Below, in pieces: positions 49,012-62,334 of a stretch of 64,000 nt of DNA. A model generated the notes under the pieces. The model had not been told where the DNA came from and ran no database searches. It was given only the letters and a program-made list of their open reading frames with translations. The position numbers and the translations under genes were made by a program. Source of the DNA: Carcharhinus amblyrhynchos (Eukaryota); assembly GCA_965287045.1 (NCBI GenBank), contig CBDIYR020000020.1, positions 496,001 through 560,000 of the forward strand, in the 5' to 3' direction. Position 1 is the stretch's first letter. Every line of letters begins with the position of its first letter.

Positions 49012-49605
49012 ACTGGATTTTTCTAGCCATTCCCACTATGTGGATTTTCCAGTCCAGCCAATGCCAAACCTGGGTCTCTACTGACAGGGGTGGGATCAGA
49101 AGATCCTGTTCCGGGAAAATACCACCTGTGATATGATCTGACGGAGTCAGTATAGTTTCCCAAAAGGCTGTGTCGAATGGCTTTTGCCTTTGTATTTAAA
49201 AAGCAGAAATTGGGAACATCAGCATTCAGATCTTAGGAGGAATGCAAATTTGACCCATGGAGGTTTGCAATTTAGAAAGTAGCCTAAAATTCCCACCTAG
49301 CTTTATACTGTCAGCATATTTAGATACGTTTCTCGTATCTAAGAGATACTTAGATATGTTTCTTGTATCTAAATATCTCTTCATCGAAATCAGTAATATA
49401 GATTGTAAATAGCTGAGATCCCATTCTTGTAGCACTACATTCGACACAGCCTTTTGGGAAACTATACTGACTCCGTCAGATCATATCACAGGTGGGATTT
49501 TCCTGGAACAGGATCTTCTGATCCCACCCCTGTCAGTAGAGACCCAGGTTTGGCATTGGCTGGACTGGAAAATCCACCTAGTGGGAATGGCTAGAAAAAT
49601 CCAGT
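49012..49605. repeat. Near-perfect 168-bp inverted repeat: 49012-49179 and 49438-49605
   Basis: Base-by-base rc match with 3 substitutions seen; spacer 258 bp. Confidence 0.96.
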
Positions 49606-49785
49606 CCACGACTTTCTACGTGCATTGTTAAGGCTTCCTCAATAATAGATTCCAAAATTCTCCCAATGGCTGTTTTCTCCACTCACCTTTCACGAACAGC
49701 AACATTACATTTACTAACAAGTTAGCTGGAACCATCCTAGAGTATAGAGGATTTTGGAAAATAAGAACCAATGCACCCACTTTAT
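49226..49785 (-). mobile_element. Old CR1 RT remnant interrupted by the right arm of the inverted repeat
   Basis: SKYADSIKLGG (FADD region) in the spacer; ALVLIFQNPL..GRILESIIEE-like sequence at 49630-49780. Confidence 0.65.
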
Positions 49786-50087
49786 AGGCAAAAACTAAAA
49801 AAGATCATTAGGTGATATGTGCAATTAACTTTATTTTAATTATAAAATATAGAATTAAAAAATTAGGAGAAAATTTGTTAAACAGTGAACCATACATTTT
49901 ACTGAATTGTGTGATCATCCTAAATGTTACAAAAGTTGAAACCTGCAAAGTTTCACAGTTGAGCTTCTAGTAGAGGACAGACTTGAGATGACATTTTGTG
50001 TAGAGATGCCCCCGATTACAACATCAAGTTTCAATTTTGACAAAACAATATGAATAAGAAATGCAGTTTACAACCCATGGACTCCAA

Positions 50088-50575
50088 GGGCTGCACAGTG
50101 GCACACTGGTTAGCACAGCGCCCGGAACTGGAGTTCAATTCCCAGCTTGGGTCACTGTTCATGCAGAGTCTGTACGTTCTCCTAGTGTCTGCATGAGTTT
50201 CCTCCAGCTACTCTGGTTTCCTCCCACAGTCTGAGAGATGTGCTGGATGCATTGGCCATGCTAAATTCTCCCTCAGTGTACTCCAAAAGGTGGAGTGTGA
50301 CAACTGGGGGGATTTTCACAGTAACTTTATTGCAATGTTAATGTAAGCCTACTTGTGACAATCAAATAAACTTTAATTAATAACATCACTATAGTAGAAC
50401 TTCAGGATCTTACGTGGACACGAAATGTCTGTCTCTAGGCTACCTCTCACCAGCAAATCTAAAGCTATGTGAGCCGGGGCTGACCAAACCACTTTGGTGG
50501 AGTGATCTTTCGGAGTCAGTGTAGACTTGATGGGCTGTTTGACCTCTTCCTGCACTGTAGGGATTCTATGGATTC
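50088..50575 (+). mobile_element. V-SINE (tail B, 50088-50375) followed by an HE1-type tail (50490-50575)
   Basis: A and B boxes, V-core, taaacttta tail, then gtagacttgatgggc..ctgcactgtagggattctatg. Confidence 0.85.
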
Positions 50576-53459
50576 CACAATTGTGATACTTCAGTAAAGT
50601 ATATTTTTCCTTTAAGGCCTTGTGGTAGCCCCAGATTTCACTTTACTCTTAGAAAGTATCTAATATCTACTGACTGCTTCCCCTTCAGCGTACTGAAGTC
50701 AGGAACTTACCAACTGAGGATGCCCCTCTAATGATTCAACCATTATTTCCTTTCACAATATATAATACTCCACGCAGACATTTACTTATGAATATAGAAA
50801 CTCTAAATAAATGTGTTATAATAAAAGAGTAGATAAAGCTTTAATGATCCAGATTAAAAGCACATCATATAATAAACGTTCTAGATCGCAGTTAGTCTAA
50901 CAGACCAACTTGTTATTTGCAGGGGAAATTCAATACGCATAATTGGGTCAAATTGTGACTCCTTATTTACTGAGTTTTATTATAAATAAGTGACTGATTG
51001 TTATTTAAAAGCAGAATACTTAATCCATGGAAAGGAGTCATTTTGTTTTTACTGTCAATGGCAGATTTAAAAGCTCCCCACTAGGGGTTTTAACCTCTCA
51101 AAGGAACAAATAATCAGGACTGGTAGAGTAAAAGACAATGACAGTCTTCGTGCAGATAGCTTGGAATACAGCTGATCCCTCTCTCAGCATGTGGAGGCAG
51201 AGAGGCGGGTAGTAAGGGAAAGGGGGAGTGGCAGGGAGAAGCAGTTTTACAGCTTTGCATTCCAGCCCTCCTGCCTGCTTCTATCTCCAAATTGGACAGC
51301 CTGAACTTTTGACCCTTCAGCAGACACACAAGCAGAAAAAAAGTATGGCCATAACACTGTCTGCTTCAGGGCATGGCCTCACTTCAACAGTCTGGACCAT
51401 GTCTTCCTTCCCCGCCTCTTCCCCCCTCCAAAAAAAGGAAACTTTGACCATTACCTGTTTTATGACCACCAGATGGTAAAGTCCCTAGTGACTGTGGACT
51501 TTCTAACTTCTGAATCTGACCTCATGACCCCATAAGGCAACTAGCAGTACACTATCAGTGCCTCGATGGGAAAAACAAATCTAACATTCCCATTTCTAAG
51601 TTTTTTTTCTACTTTAAATGGTACTACATTTCCTATGTTCAAGTTTCAGAATTTAAAAGTGATCTATCTTCCAATTCCAATGAGTGACCTTTTACTAGTG
51701 TTGGTTTTATATTATTGCTACAGATGTATTCCAAAACATAATTTCCTTCACTGTTTTTAGATGAAGATCCTTCAACCAATCATTGCCATCATTAAGTCAT
51801 TAGTTTTTTAAAAAAAACTACAAATTAGATTACCACAAAATGAGGGAGAGCCACAAGCAAAATCTATTCATGTCAAGAATATATACTCTTCAAACCCATA
51901 AACCTAGGGATTCAATGTTTGAGCTAAAGTAGAAAGTAATGCTGAATCTGCCTTTTAAAAGTTTACTGGCAACTTTATAACTTTACCATCAACCCCAAAA
52001 GAGACACAAAAAAATCCAAATATTTGGCCCCCAGCTGTGAAGGGAGAAGGAATTAAAGAGAGTCACCATGCAGCTGTAAAAATCCTGTCTGGCCCCTTTT
52101 CTATAATTCGTTCAAGCTTTAATTGCCATCTTGAAAAGTGATCATCAGGGATGGTTAGTTTTAATTTCCTCAATGTCCTTAATGATTACAGTCACAATGT
52201 TTTTGTGATGACCAGAAAAGGAGAGAATTTAACATGACCATGAAAGAGTGGGGGTGGGGGAGAGCAGAGGACTACTTTAAAACTCTTAATGCAAATCTAG
52301 AGCCATCGAAGAGTTGAAACTACTTCTAAATCAATGGTTGCTCACACTAAAAGTTACTACTGAAATATTTTTATAACATGCTATACATCAAATTTCTGTG
52401 CTAATTTCATACCTCTGAAATGCTCAAACTCTTGAATTGTTCTTATTACTCTTCCATTATTTCTTGTCACAAATCATTTTATATATATATATTTAATGCA
52501 ACAAGATACCAAAACATAAATGATAATCAAACTCTTTTTCACTTCAAAAATGTGTTTTGTATATTTCTAATCTTGTATTTTGTAAATGGGTAAGTGCTAA
52601 ACTTGAACTTGTAAACACGTCTTTTTCTTTTTTTATATATTCATAATATTATGACCTCTCAACTATTCCTTTCCTCTAAATCAATTATACTTCTGATCAT
52701 TAGTTCATATTTACGTGAGATAAAAAAACAAACAAGATTCTCTATGAAGTCCACCACTGGTCAAATATTTCTACTGACTTTTTAAAGTTTTAATCTTAAA
52801 TGGAAATAGTCATCTGGTAGAAGATATTGGCCCACTTCATAGCCCTTGTAGCTTGGCTACCAAATTAAAGGGTCCCACACCCAAGTTCTCCAGGATATTC
52901 ATAAACTGCCACAAATTTGAATGTAGTATCTTTAATGCTTCAAAAAGTCCCTCCCCCACTTTGCACCAGCATCACTACAAAGACTACTACCAGGCTCACA
53001 ATAAATCTACTTTAAGCTGAGCAGTAAATTCTTTACACAAATGGTTTTCTGCCATTTTACTCTTCACATCTGGTAAACAGAGCAGCTTCAATGTCCTGTT
53101 CTTTACCCTATTAACACAATTTACATCCTATGAACAAACCAGACAATACTTTGGGGGACAAACTATTGAATACAGTTTGAAAAAAAATTAACATAAAACA
53201 ATTACTCAGGGTGAACGTGCTTTGTTTCAAAGCATATTAACACTTTTTGCTGTTTTTATCTTGAAGGTGTTGACTAAGGCTTGTGATATAGTTCCATGAT
53301 TTATGTCAAAAACCCTCCAGCATCTTGTCCAAGTGACAACTTCTCAAATATATCCCAAAAGGTGACCAGCGAGATATCTGAAAGTAAGGTGCTTTGCATT
53401 CAAGACATATCGTCCTTCACCCAACATTTGGAACTGAAGTAGTTGGCTAATCATAAAAG

Positions 53460-53630
53460 AGCAGCATTCTGACTAGCACACCCTTTGTTAGCTTACAGAT
53501 TCTGAGGCCAACGGCAGTGTACTCTCTCTTGCGCACCTCAATTGGGATCAGGTAATGCAGCATAGATCAAGGATCAGAGCCAAAATACCCTGGTCTAGAT
53601 AGCTCAGAAAGCAGCTACATTGCCAATTGG
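53460..53630 (-). mobile_element. LF-SINE-like 5' fragment
   Basis: rc ctgagctatctagaccagg..gatccttgatctatgctg..cctgatccca..ttggcctcag. Confidence 0.45.
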
Positions 53631-54697
53631 GAGATGAGAGGGAGGGCTGTTGCAGGAGGCTTGAATTTACAAATACTTTTAAAATCTCATAAAATCACTA
53701 AGTCTGCAATCTTTGTTGAAGTTTTTGTTACAATAAATTCCAACCAATCTCACCTTTCCCTAAAAAACATAGTATTTGTTTTTCCACCTAGATATAGCTT
53801 TAAATTTAAAAAGATAAATATTTGGCTCTATCCATTTTCTTTTTCCTGGGCAGTTTCTTAAAAAAAAAATCGAAGATGACTTGCTTTCACTCCAGTTCAA
53901 TAGGTTCTGAGATAGTTGATAAATCCAAAGCGCAATCTGCAGCCTCCGGTGATAATTGAAACGTTGAGCAGATGAGGTGTCCAAGGTTTGTATGCTCTCT
54001 CTGACACCTCATCTTTTGATATTATAGCACTATGGGCAATAGCTAAAATACACCATGGTTCCTGTCCAAACATCGTTTTGTCTCAAAGGAAGATGAGTTT
54101 CAATTATATCTTTTAAAGCATATGCCTTCCTTAGTTCAGATGGCCAATCTGCAACAGTCAACATTATCTCAAAATAATCTGCTGAGTTTGGATCAAGATG
54201 ATTTGGATTAAGATTAATGAGATCAATGTAGAGAGTCATATGGTATGTGCATGTTAGCACATGCCCCAATATGCTTTGTTGTTGATGAAACTTGAGCAGA
54301 CATTCGTTACCTGGCTGCAAGAGAGTGAGATGAAAAATATCAAGAAATTTAATCTAGTCCAGTACAGCACTGGAATGAATATACATACCCAATTCCATCA
54401 ATTAATTTTAAATGAATGCATCAATGGCAAGTCCCTTAAGGTAATACTCTGCTTGTTAAAGGAGATGGACTTGTTGGAATTAATATTGTGAGCGGAATCA
54501 TAAAACTTCTCTGACTTTGCAGTTTGTTTTTTTAATGTGTGGTTTCCTATTCAGGATCAGTTTTTTTAATATTTGAACAAATCCTTAATAATAAGTTAAA
54601 TGTAGTTAATGGCAGCTGACACAGGAATGGGTTTGAAGACCTTATCAACATCGCTGAAAAACTTCAAACAATACTTAAAGAAAGCAAATGAGTGGAA

Positions 54698-54850
54698 CTA
54701 AAAACAGAAAATGCTGAAAACACTCAGCAGGTCAAATGACGTCTGTGGAGAAAAGCAACATCTTTTTTGCTTCACAGATGCTGCCTGACCTGCTGAATAT
54801 TTCCAATATTTTATTTCAGATTTCCAGCACCTGCAGTCTTTTAGTTTTGT
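54698..54850. mobile_element. Collapsed second Penelope-like element (hairpin)
   Basis: aaacagaaaatgctgaaaacactcagcaggtca vs tgacctgctgaatatttccaatattt..atttcagatttccagcacctgcagt. Confidence 0.7.
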
Positions 54851-56544
54851 TGAAGAAAATGACCAATGTTGTTTTACTTAATTTAAGCATAAAAATAGGT
54901 GGTATTTTCATCAATGGCTTCAGTCTCTCGAGATTTCTTTTCCTTCACTGAAAATAGGTGGGTGCCTAGCACACAACCTTCCCACCCACCTCCAAGTTCA
55001 TTTGTATAATACAGGCACAAAAACTGACAGGCCACAAACCCATGTTTTAAAAAAAATTAAGAATCTACTGAGCTTGGTAATAAGCTCAGTTGACCTCAAT
55101 GTCCAGGTCTTAATGCAATAGGCAGGAGGGAGTAGGCAGGCTGTTTTTTTAAAACGTTTTTAGAAGGTTGGGAAGAAAGAAGGGTACTCTTTTTGGAGAG
55201 TGGTCTTTGTGCATCACCCAAAAGGTAGCCCCTCCCACCTTCTCTCCAAAGCCCACTTCCCCATAACCACTGAGCCCCACCCACCTCCCCAAGGCTGGCC
55301 AAACGCTCCTTATCCAATGCGCCGGAATTACCTCTGTCTTTTTTGGGAATGGCTGCAGTCCTGGCAGTGCCCGCTACTGGGCTCTTGGCACTGGCTGGTA
55401 GATCTCATAAGTATGGACTTCCTCCCCAGTGAGGAATGAAAGTCCCACTGTTGGCTAATATAGCCCATCTGCAATATCAATGGGCATACATAGAGCAAGT
55501 GGGCTGCCAGCCAACTTTCTTTCTGGAAGTACATGCACACACAATGCAGTCCCATTTCTTAAACTTAGCACAAAAATCCATTCACTAAACCCAATCATAT
55601 TCACTAAGTCACTAAGTCCTAAATGGCAAGAGCAATACTTCACCAAAGCACTGCTTACTGGGACTAAGTGTAATACTATACATCCATCAAAAAAGAATGG
55701 AATTTGTATTTTTATGGTAAATATTGAAAATAGCCCATATATGATATAGCTATTTGCCTCCCAGATTATGTATACATCATAAAATTAACTTGTCAACCTA
55801 CAATAAATATGCCGTAAAAGACTAAACACTTGGACAGATGTTTTCTGGCCCTATTCTATTATCTTTCTTGTCAAATTACTAACTACTAAAGAAAGAGCTG
55901 ACTTCGGTCATTTTAAAATCAGTTATTCAACACTGCATTGTTCCAATAAATGCACTTGTACTTTAAAACTAAATTTTTTAAACGAATTAAACTATAAAAT
56001 CCATGTGTTGTGCCATTTATCCGATCAAAATTCAAAGTTGAGTTTAAAGTTTGCAGCCTGCTTATTTGACAAACCTTAAATTCATTGCAAAAGAAAACTA
56101 TGTTGATTTGATTTCTGGAGGATTTTTAAAATCCAACTTCAACTAACAAAAGAGATACTGTCCCCTTTTAAACATTGCAACATTAAGTTTGAATAGTGGT
56201 TTGGCAAACTAAGAAACTGCACATCTCGCTGCCAAACTTAATAGTGGCAACTTTATCCTCCTTTATTTAATAAATTGCCCTTATACATACTTGCATATGG
56301 CCCCCATTTACCCCTTTCCTCTTGAAAGCATGTACTCAAGCTAAAATCTCTGGCATCCCATCCAAGTGAACCAATCTCTATGTGCAAGTTTAAAGAATGT
56401 TTTTGGCAAGCTATTCACTATAAGGGAGAGGGGAGCAAAAACCATATCTGAGCTCAATCCTGTCCTCGCCCAATACCCATCTAGTTACTAGGGGCAGAGT
56501 TCTCCCATTTTGAGACCAAGTGCACTGGTGAGTGGTTTCTTTTC

Positions 56545-56868
56545 TTTATGGGTGTCACTAGAGGCTTTTGTTCCCGATGCCTAATTGTCCTTGAAATGAG
56601 TGGCTTTGCTTGGCCATTTCAGGGGCTATGAGTGTGCAGTCACATGTAGACCGGACTGGCCAAGGATGGCAGACATTAATGAAGCTGATGGGGTTTTACA
56701 ACAATTGATGGTCATTTTCATGGTCACCATTACTGAGATAGCTTTTAATTCCATATTTATTGATTGAATTCAAATTCCACAAGCTGCCATAGTGGGATTT
56801 GAACCATGTCCCCAGGGCCTAGCCTCCAGATTACTAGTTCAGTGACATTACCACTATGCCACCATCTC
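56545..56868 (-). mobile_element. tRNA-derived SINE with CR1-like tail
   Basis: rc begins ggagatggTGGCATAGTGGtaa (A box) ... GGTTCAAATCC (B box); tail caaggacaattagg. Confidence 0.82.
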
Positions 56869-59294
56869 CTTTAATACAAGTAAATTTAAAGCATCACAGC
56901 ATCACATGTGTGGCTAGAAAAAAAATCTTGTCTCCAACCATGCATGTTGTACAATACTGCTATTATACCAATACGAAACCTCTGGGCAAAGGCACGACTT
57001 TTGATTCCAGTACAGGGGGCTCATTCACACTGCCACCTTTGTTCTGGGTTGATGTTCATTCTGGTTTCAATCCCATCCAAACTGGTTATTCGATGGAACC
57101 AAGTTGTTGAAAAGTTTTGGAATATTTGTTAACTACTTGTTTCTAGTGCTATTTCAGTTTTTTTTTGTTTAAAATGAACACATAATGAAGAATAGCACAA
57201 TAGATTTGGATCCGAAAGCATTGAACTCAAACAAAGCCGATGTATACTTTTAAAGAATTTTAGAAAAACACAATATAGCACAGCACTATAAAAACAAAAT
57301 AATTCAAACAGACAAGCATGAAAAGCCATAAAGGAATAAAACTGTCATAGATTCCCCACAAGTTAGCAGTTCCACATCTAAGCTGACAGCAGTGCGATTC
57401 TAAAGAATCTTCTACAGTAGATCATTTAAAAACATTTCCCGTTACTTTTAACCATTTTTCATTGTGAACAATAACGATGAGCACAAAGGTTAACGTTTTC
57501 TCATCAGGAATTAATAAAGTGGAGAGGATTCCTGAATTCACCATTCATCTAATTTAGCGTCATTAAAGCCCTCTGTACTTTAAATTTTTCTAATATTGAT
57601 CCCAAACATGTACACTTAACGAAACTCTCTCCTTACCATTACGTAATAGTTATGCATTGAACAGCCAACAATAGTTCCAAACTCCAGGTTACAACCTGAT
57701 ATTTCATTTAATTCTAATTATAAGTTACACACTTGCTAAAGTCTATAAGTCCCTCTTATATATACACATGAGATACATAAAATCTCATGTATTTTATAAG
57801 AATCTGCCCATTGCTTTTCTTGATACAGGGCGTAATCCTGATTGCATTCCTGGACTAATCAAAACAGTACCAATAGGTTTCTCTCCTGCATTCAATGTAA
57901 TAATCTTGTTCCTTTGACCCCCATGTGGCCTTCAACTGCCCACATCCTGCTGCTAATACAACCTCAGACAGGAAAACAAAACATACTGGTTTCATAAATG
58001 CTTGTGCAATTTTGTAATTGTTTTTACCTCTATCAACAGTATCCTTTAAAATTTATAGTCATGCAGTATGGTTTGTCACATTTGATTATCTTTGCAAGTG
58101 ACATGACAAGAATGGTAGTGTTTACTCAACCACTACTCTAAGTGACGGCTTGAATTGTAGGAGTGAATATTTCAACCTGTTTAATTAAATGCATTAAGAT
58201 TCATGTGTAATAAATAGATTCAATATTTACTTATTATGGGGCAAACTAGATTAGAACAATCAAGAGTGGGTATGCTTTCCAAAGCTTTTATTCTGAATAT
58301 TTAATATATGGATGCAATGCAACATATTAAACCAGCAGGAAACATCAGGAAAGGCAAGTACATGATCATTGTTCTACTCTGATCTATCAGGAAAAGCTAT
58401 AAATTTATAACTCCTGATTAGAACCAGATTAACTCAACAATAACAAACTTACTTGAGTTTAGAAAGAGACTGACATGGGGCTAAGATAATACAACACAAT
58501 CCTAATGTCCATGCCATTTCTGCTTTCAAGCCAAAATTTATCTAAAAAGGGAACAGATGCACAGAGAGTAAATGTCTTAAATCAGCAAATCTTAGACTTC
58601 AGTTGAAGCAGACTGTCTCATTTTGAGGATTTAGAAATTATGAAAGGCTACCAGGGACTGTTATAGCCAAAGGAAAGTTCTAACATGGGGAAAATAAACT
58701 CAAAATATCCCTCATTTGATGTCTAAAGGAGGAAAAAGGAGTATCATCTGACATGTGTCAGAGAGAAATACCCAAATTTGATCACAAATTTCAGCAGTTC
58801 CAGCCAGAGCGGCATTGTTGTTATAACTCCTGCACAAGGCAAAGGATAAAAATTAGCTATGATTTTGGTTTATCTCTCACTCCTATGGGAAAGTGCATTG
58901 GTAAGTAAGGATGGGATTGAGTTTGGTCAGAACTGGTTTTACCATCTCTTGTTCCACCATTTCTTAAGATGCAGATATCTTATATCCAACAATACTTGGA
59001 AACTAAATAACATGGATATTCCAGAGGATTTTTTTTTTAAAAAAAGTCCTCCTAACTACTGAGCAACATCAGGGCAGTGACTGATATTGACATTACAAAG
59101 TACTGTTGTTTCTTCAGCTCTTGATTCATGTGCGCTGTTTAAACTGTTTCAATCAGTCTGTGCATATCCAGAATAGCAAGATTCATAATATAGCCATTTC
59201 ATTAAACCAAGTGCAAAATCCAGATGTAAATGTGAAAAAGATGCAGTTAAGTCATTCAGCAAAGAGTTAGGCCGCAATACAAAGCTCATTATGT

Positions 59295-59601
59295 CACAGA
59301 ATCATAGAAATCTACAGTACAGAAGGAGGCCATTCAACCCGTCAAGTCTGCGCCCAGGCCCTATATCAGTAATCCCCATATTTACCCCGCTAATCTTTCT
59401 AACCTATGCATCCCGGGACACGAAGGAGCAATTTTCCAAGGCCAATCAACCCAACCCACACATCTTTGGACTGTGGGAGAAAATCAGAGCAAACCCATGA
59501 AGACACAAAGAGAATGTGCAAATTCCACACAGACAGTGACCCAAACCAGGAATCAAAAGCAGAACCTGGAGCTGCAAGGCAGCAGTGCTAACCGCTGTTC
59601 C
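59295..59601 (-). mobile_element. HE1-like SINE
   Basis: Tail cacagaatcatagaa, V-core ggactgtgggagaaaa, head gcagcagtgctaacc. Confidence 0.88.
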
Positions 59602-59604
59602 AGA

Positions 59605-59740
59605 GTGTCACTCACGTCCATTCTCCTTCTAGGCTCACAGAAGGAATGGACATTTGGACAAGAAGGCAAACTGCTTCAAACGCCTGTGTCACATACCATC
59701 CAGCATATTATAGTACCTCCAGGAGAGGGTGAAGGACTTA
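59605..59740 (+). mobile_element. LF-SINE-like 3' fragment
   Basis: tctaggctcacagaaggaatggacatttgg ... acctccaggagagg. Confidence 0.55.
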
Positions 59741-60031
59741 AAAAAAAACAAAGATTTGGGATTGGGATGGGGATAAAGTCTTTTTCTATCATACATGTTA
59801 CCAGCAGTAAACTAGCAGTGTAACTGATTCCAACCTTGGAAATCAGATGAAGAAAAAAAATCAAGCCTCTCAGTTTTAGAATCACTGAACTGTAGAAAAG
59901 GCATCAGGATGACACCAACAGGACCAATAAAAAACAAAACGAAGGTTACAGTCAAGATGATATACAGTATTTGAGGATAAAACAACGTGGGGCGGGGGTG
60001 GGGGAACAAGAGTAAAAGAAAAATGGTACAA

Positions 60032-60351
60032 GGCTGCATAGTGGTTAGCACTGCTTCCTCACTGCACCAGGGACCCTGATTCCATTCTGGCCTTTAGGTG
60101 ACTGTCTGTGTGCAGATGGACTTTCTCCTGGTATCTGCATGGATTTCTTCTGGGTACTCCAATTTCCTCCCACACTTCCAAAGATGCGCAGATTAGGGTG
60201 GATTGATCATGTAAAACGGCCCTTAGGTGTCCCAAAATGTGTAGGTTAGGTGGATTAGCCATGGTACAGCATTACAGGGATATGTGCCTGGGTAAGATCT
60301 GTCAGAGGGTCAATGGGCCAAATGGCCTCCTTCTGTACTGTAGGGATTCTA
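60032..60351 (+). mobile_element. HE1-like SINE
   Basis: Head gtggttagcactgc, V-core, tail tgggccaaatggcctccttctgtactgtagggattcta. Confidence 0.88.
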
Positions 60352-60946
60352 CAAAAGAAAAGTTATTTAAAATGTCTGTGCTGTGATTTAATTGTTGGAT
60401 TGCTTACAATGTTTTCATATTTAAAAAACTGGAAATATATATTCTGAGACACCTTCAGTAATCATGGTCATCAAGAATTTCTCAAAGATGTTCTGCCCAT
60501 CGTAAACTCTTATTAGAAGACTGCTTTACTGTGACTAAGTTACAAGTGAAATCTTATGACAGCCAGTCCTGTAAAATTAATCATATCAATCTTTGTGACA
60601 GAGTTCTGAAAATATATATACTTCTGTTTATACAGCTAACACAAAGCTCAAAGAAGGGAGACAAATTATTTGTAGGTAAATATAAGAAATAGGAGCAGGA
60701 ATAGACCATTCTGCCCTTCAAATCTTCTGTTATTCAATGAGATTATGACTGATTCACTTCAGTATCATTTTCCTGCACTATCCCAGTATCCCTTAACACG
60801 TAGAAATCTATTGATCTCAGTCGTCAGTATACTCAATAACTTGAGCATCCACAACTCTCTGTGGCAGAGAATTCCAAAGATTCACTGCCAGTGAAAAAAA
60901 TTCCTCATCTCAGTCCTAGATCACTTATCGCTTGTTCTGAGACTGT

Positions 60947-61070
60947 GGCCGGAATTTTACCATCCTGCCTTCCAGGGGAATTGGAGCAAGTGAGGGGCAG
61001 ACCATGGAACGGTACATTAACCTCAGGCGGGATTTTATGGTTTCAGGACAAGCGAGGCCAAAAAAACCCC
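60947..61070. mobile_element. MITE (family of 45839-45972)
   Basis: ggccggaattttac...accatg...ttaacctcaggcgggatttt...aaaacccc. Confidence 0.6.
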
Positions 61071-61072
61071 AC

Positions 61073-61747
61073 AGCAGGTGGTCAGGAAGGCGAATGGGAT
61101 GCTGGCCTTCATAGCGAGGGGGATTGAATATAAAAGTAGGGAGGTCTTGCTGTGGCTATATAGGGCATTGGTGAGGCCGCAGCTGGAGTACTGTGTGCAG
61201 TTTTGGGCGCCATACTTACGCAAGGATATTTTGGCCTTGGAGGGAGTGCAGAGGAGGTTTACTAGGCTGATGCCGGAGTTGAGGGGGTTGAGCTATGAGG
61301 AGAGGCTGAATAAACTAGGCTTGTACTTGTTAGAGTTTAGAAGAATGAGGGGAGATCTCATTGAGACGCATGAGATGATGAATGGGATGGATAGGATAGA
61401 GGCGGAGAGACTCTTCCCACTCAGAAAGGACAGTAGGACTAGGGGGCACAGCCTCAAGATAAAGGGGGGGCGGTTTAGAACGGAGTTGAGGAAGAATTTC
61501 TTCACTCAAAGGGTGGTGAATCTCTGGAATTCTCTGCCCGTTGAAGTGGTGGAGGCTACCTCGCTAAATATTTTTAAGACGCGGGTTGATGGGTTTTTGA
61601 TAAGCGAGGGGGTTAAGGGTTATGGGGAGAGGGCAGGAATGTGGAACTGAGCCATGACAGATCAGCCATGATCTTATTGAACGGCGGGGCAGGCTCGAAG
61701 GGCCAGATGGCCTACTCCTGCTCCTATTTCTTATGTTCTTATGTTAT
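61073..61747 (+). mobile_element. Young 5'-truncated CR1 copy, same subfamily as 601-2655; open frame 61078-61650
   Basis: 190-aa open frame nearly identical to the C-terminus of 698-2401; same 3'UTR and ttcttatgttcttatg tail. Confidence 0.95.
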
Positions 61748-62334
61748 GTGTCACCTGGTCCTACCCCTGCTCCCCATAATCAAGGGAAATATCCTTCCTA
61801 TACATACCATGTTGAGCGCCAAGAATTTTCTACGTTTGAACAAGATCACCTCACAAACTTTTAAATGCCAAAAGAATAAAGACTCAATCTATCTAATAAA
61901 TTTCCTCATAAGATTATATCTATATATCTTTCCTTAGGTGAGACCAAAACTGCACACAGTGCTACAGGTACAGTGTCACCAGTATAATTCTATGTAATTG
62001 CAGTAAGACATTTTTACTGCTGTACTAAAATCCTTTTGTAATAAAAGCCAACATACAATTTGCCTTCTTAATTGCTTGCTTTACCTGCATGTTAGCTTTC
62101 AGTGACACTTTTCTCACTTAAACATTAATTCTGAAATTAACAGCATTCTCTTTTACTATTAGAGACTGAGAGACTGAATGACGAGATAAGAGTGTTGTTG
62201 CTTTCACAACTCTTAAGATCCAGGCTTGAATCCACCCAAAACAAATGAGTTTCCTGTTGCCTGCCACAAAGGCCCAAAAACGAAATAATCTGAAAAAAGT
62301 AGTATCAACACAATTTCTACCAGACACCAGCCCA

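Larger units (their letters stand above)
60682..62110 (-). mobile_element. Old CR1 3' region split by later insertions (60682-60946 and 61750-62110)
   Basis: Tail ataagaaataggagcagg; ctgtggcagagaattccaaaga; resumes with caagatcacctc, gaccaaaactgcacacag, aagccaacatacaatttgccttc. Confidence 0.75.

Noticed and set aside
59295-60351. Inverted SINE pair as a single composite element
   Set aside because: The copies differ substantially and share no TSD; independent insertions suffice
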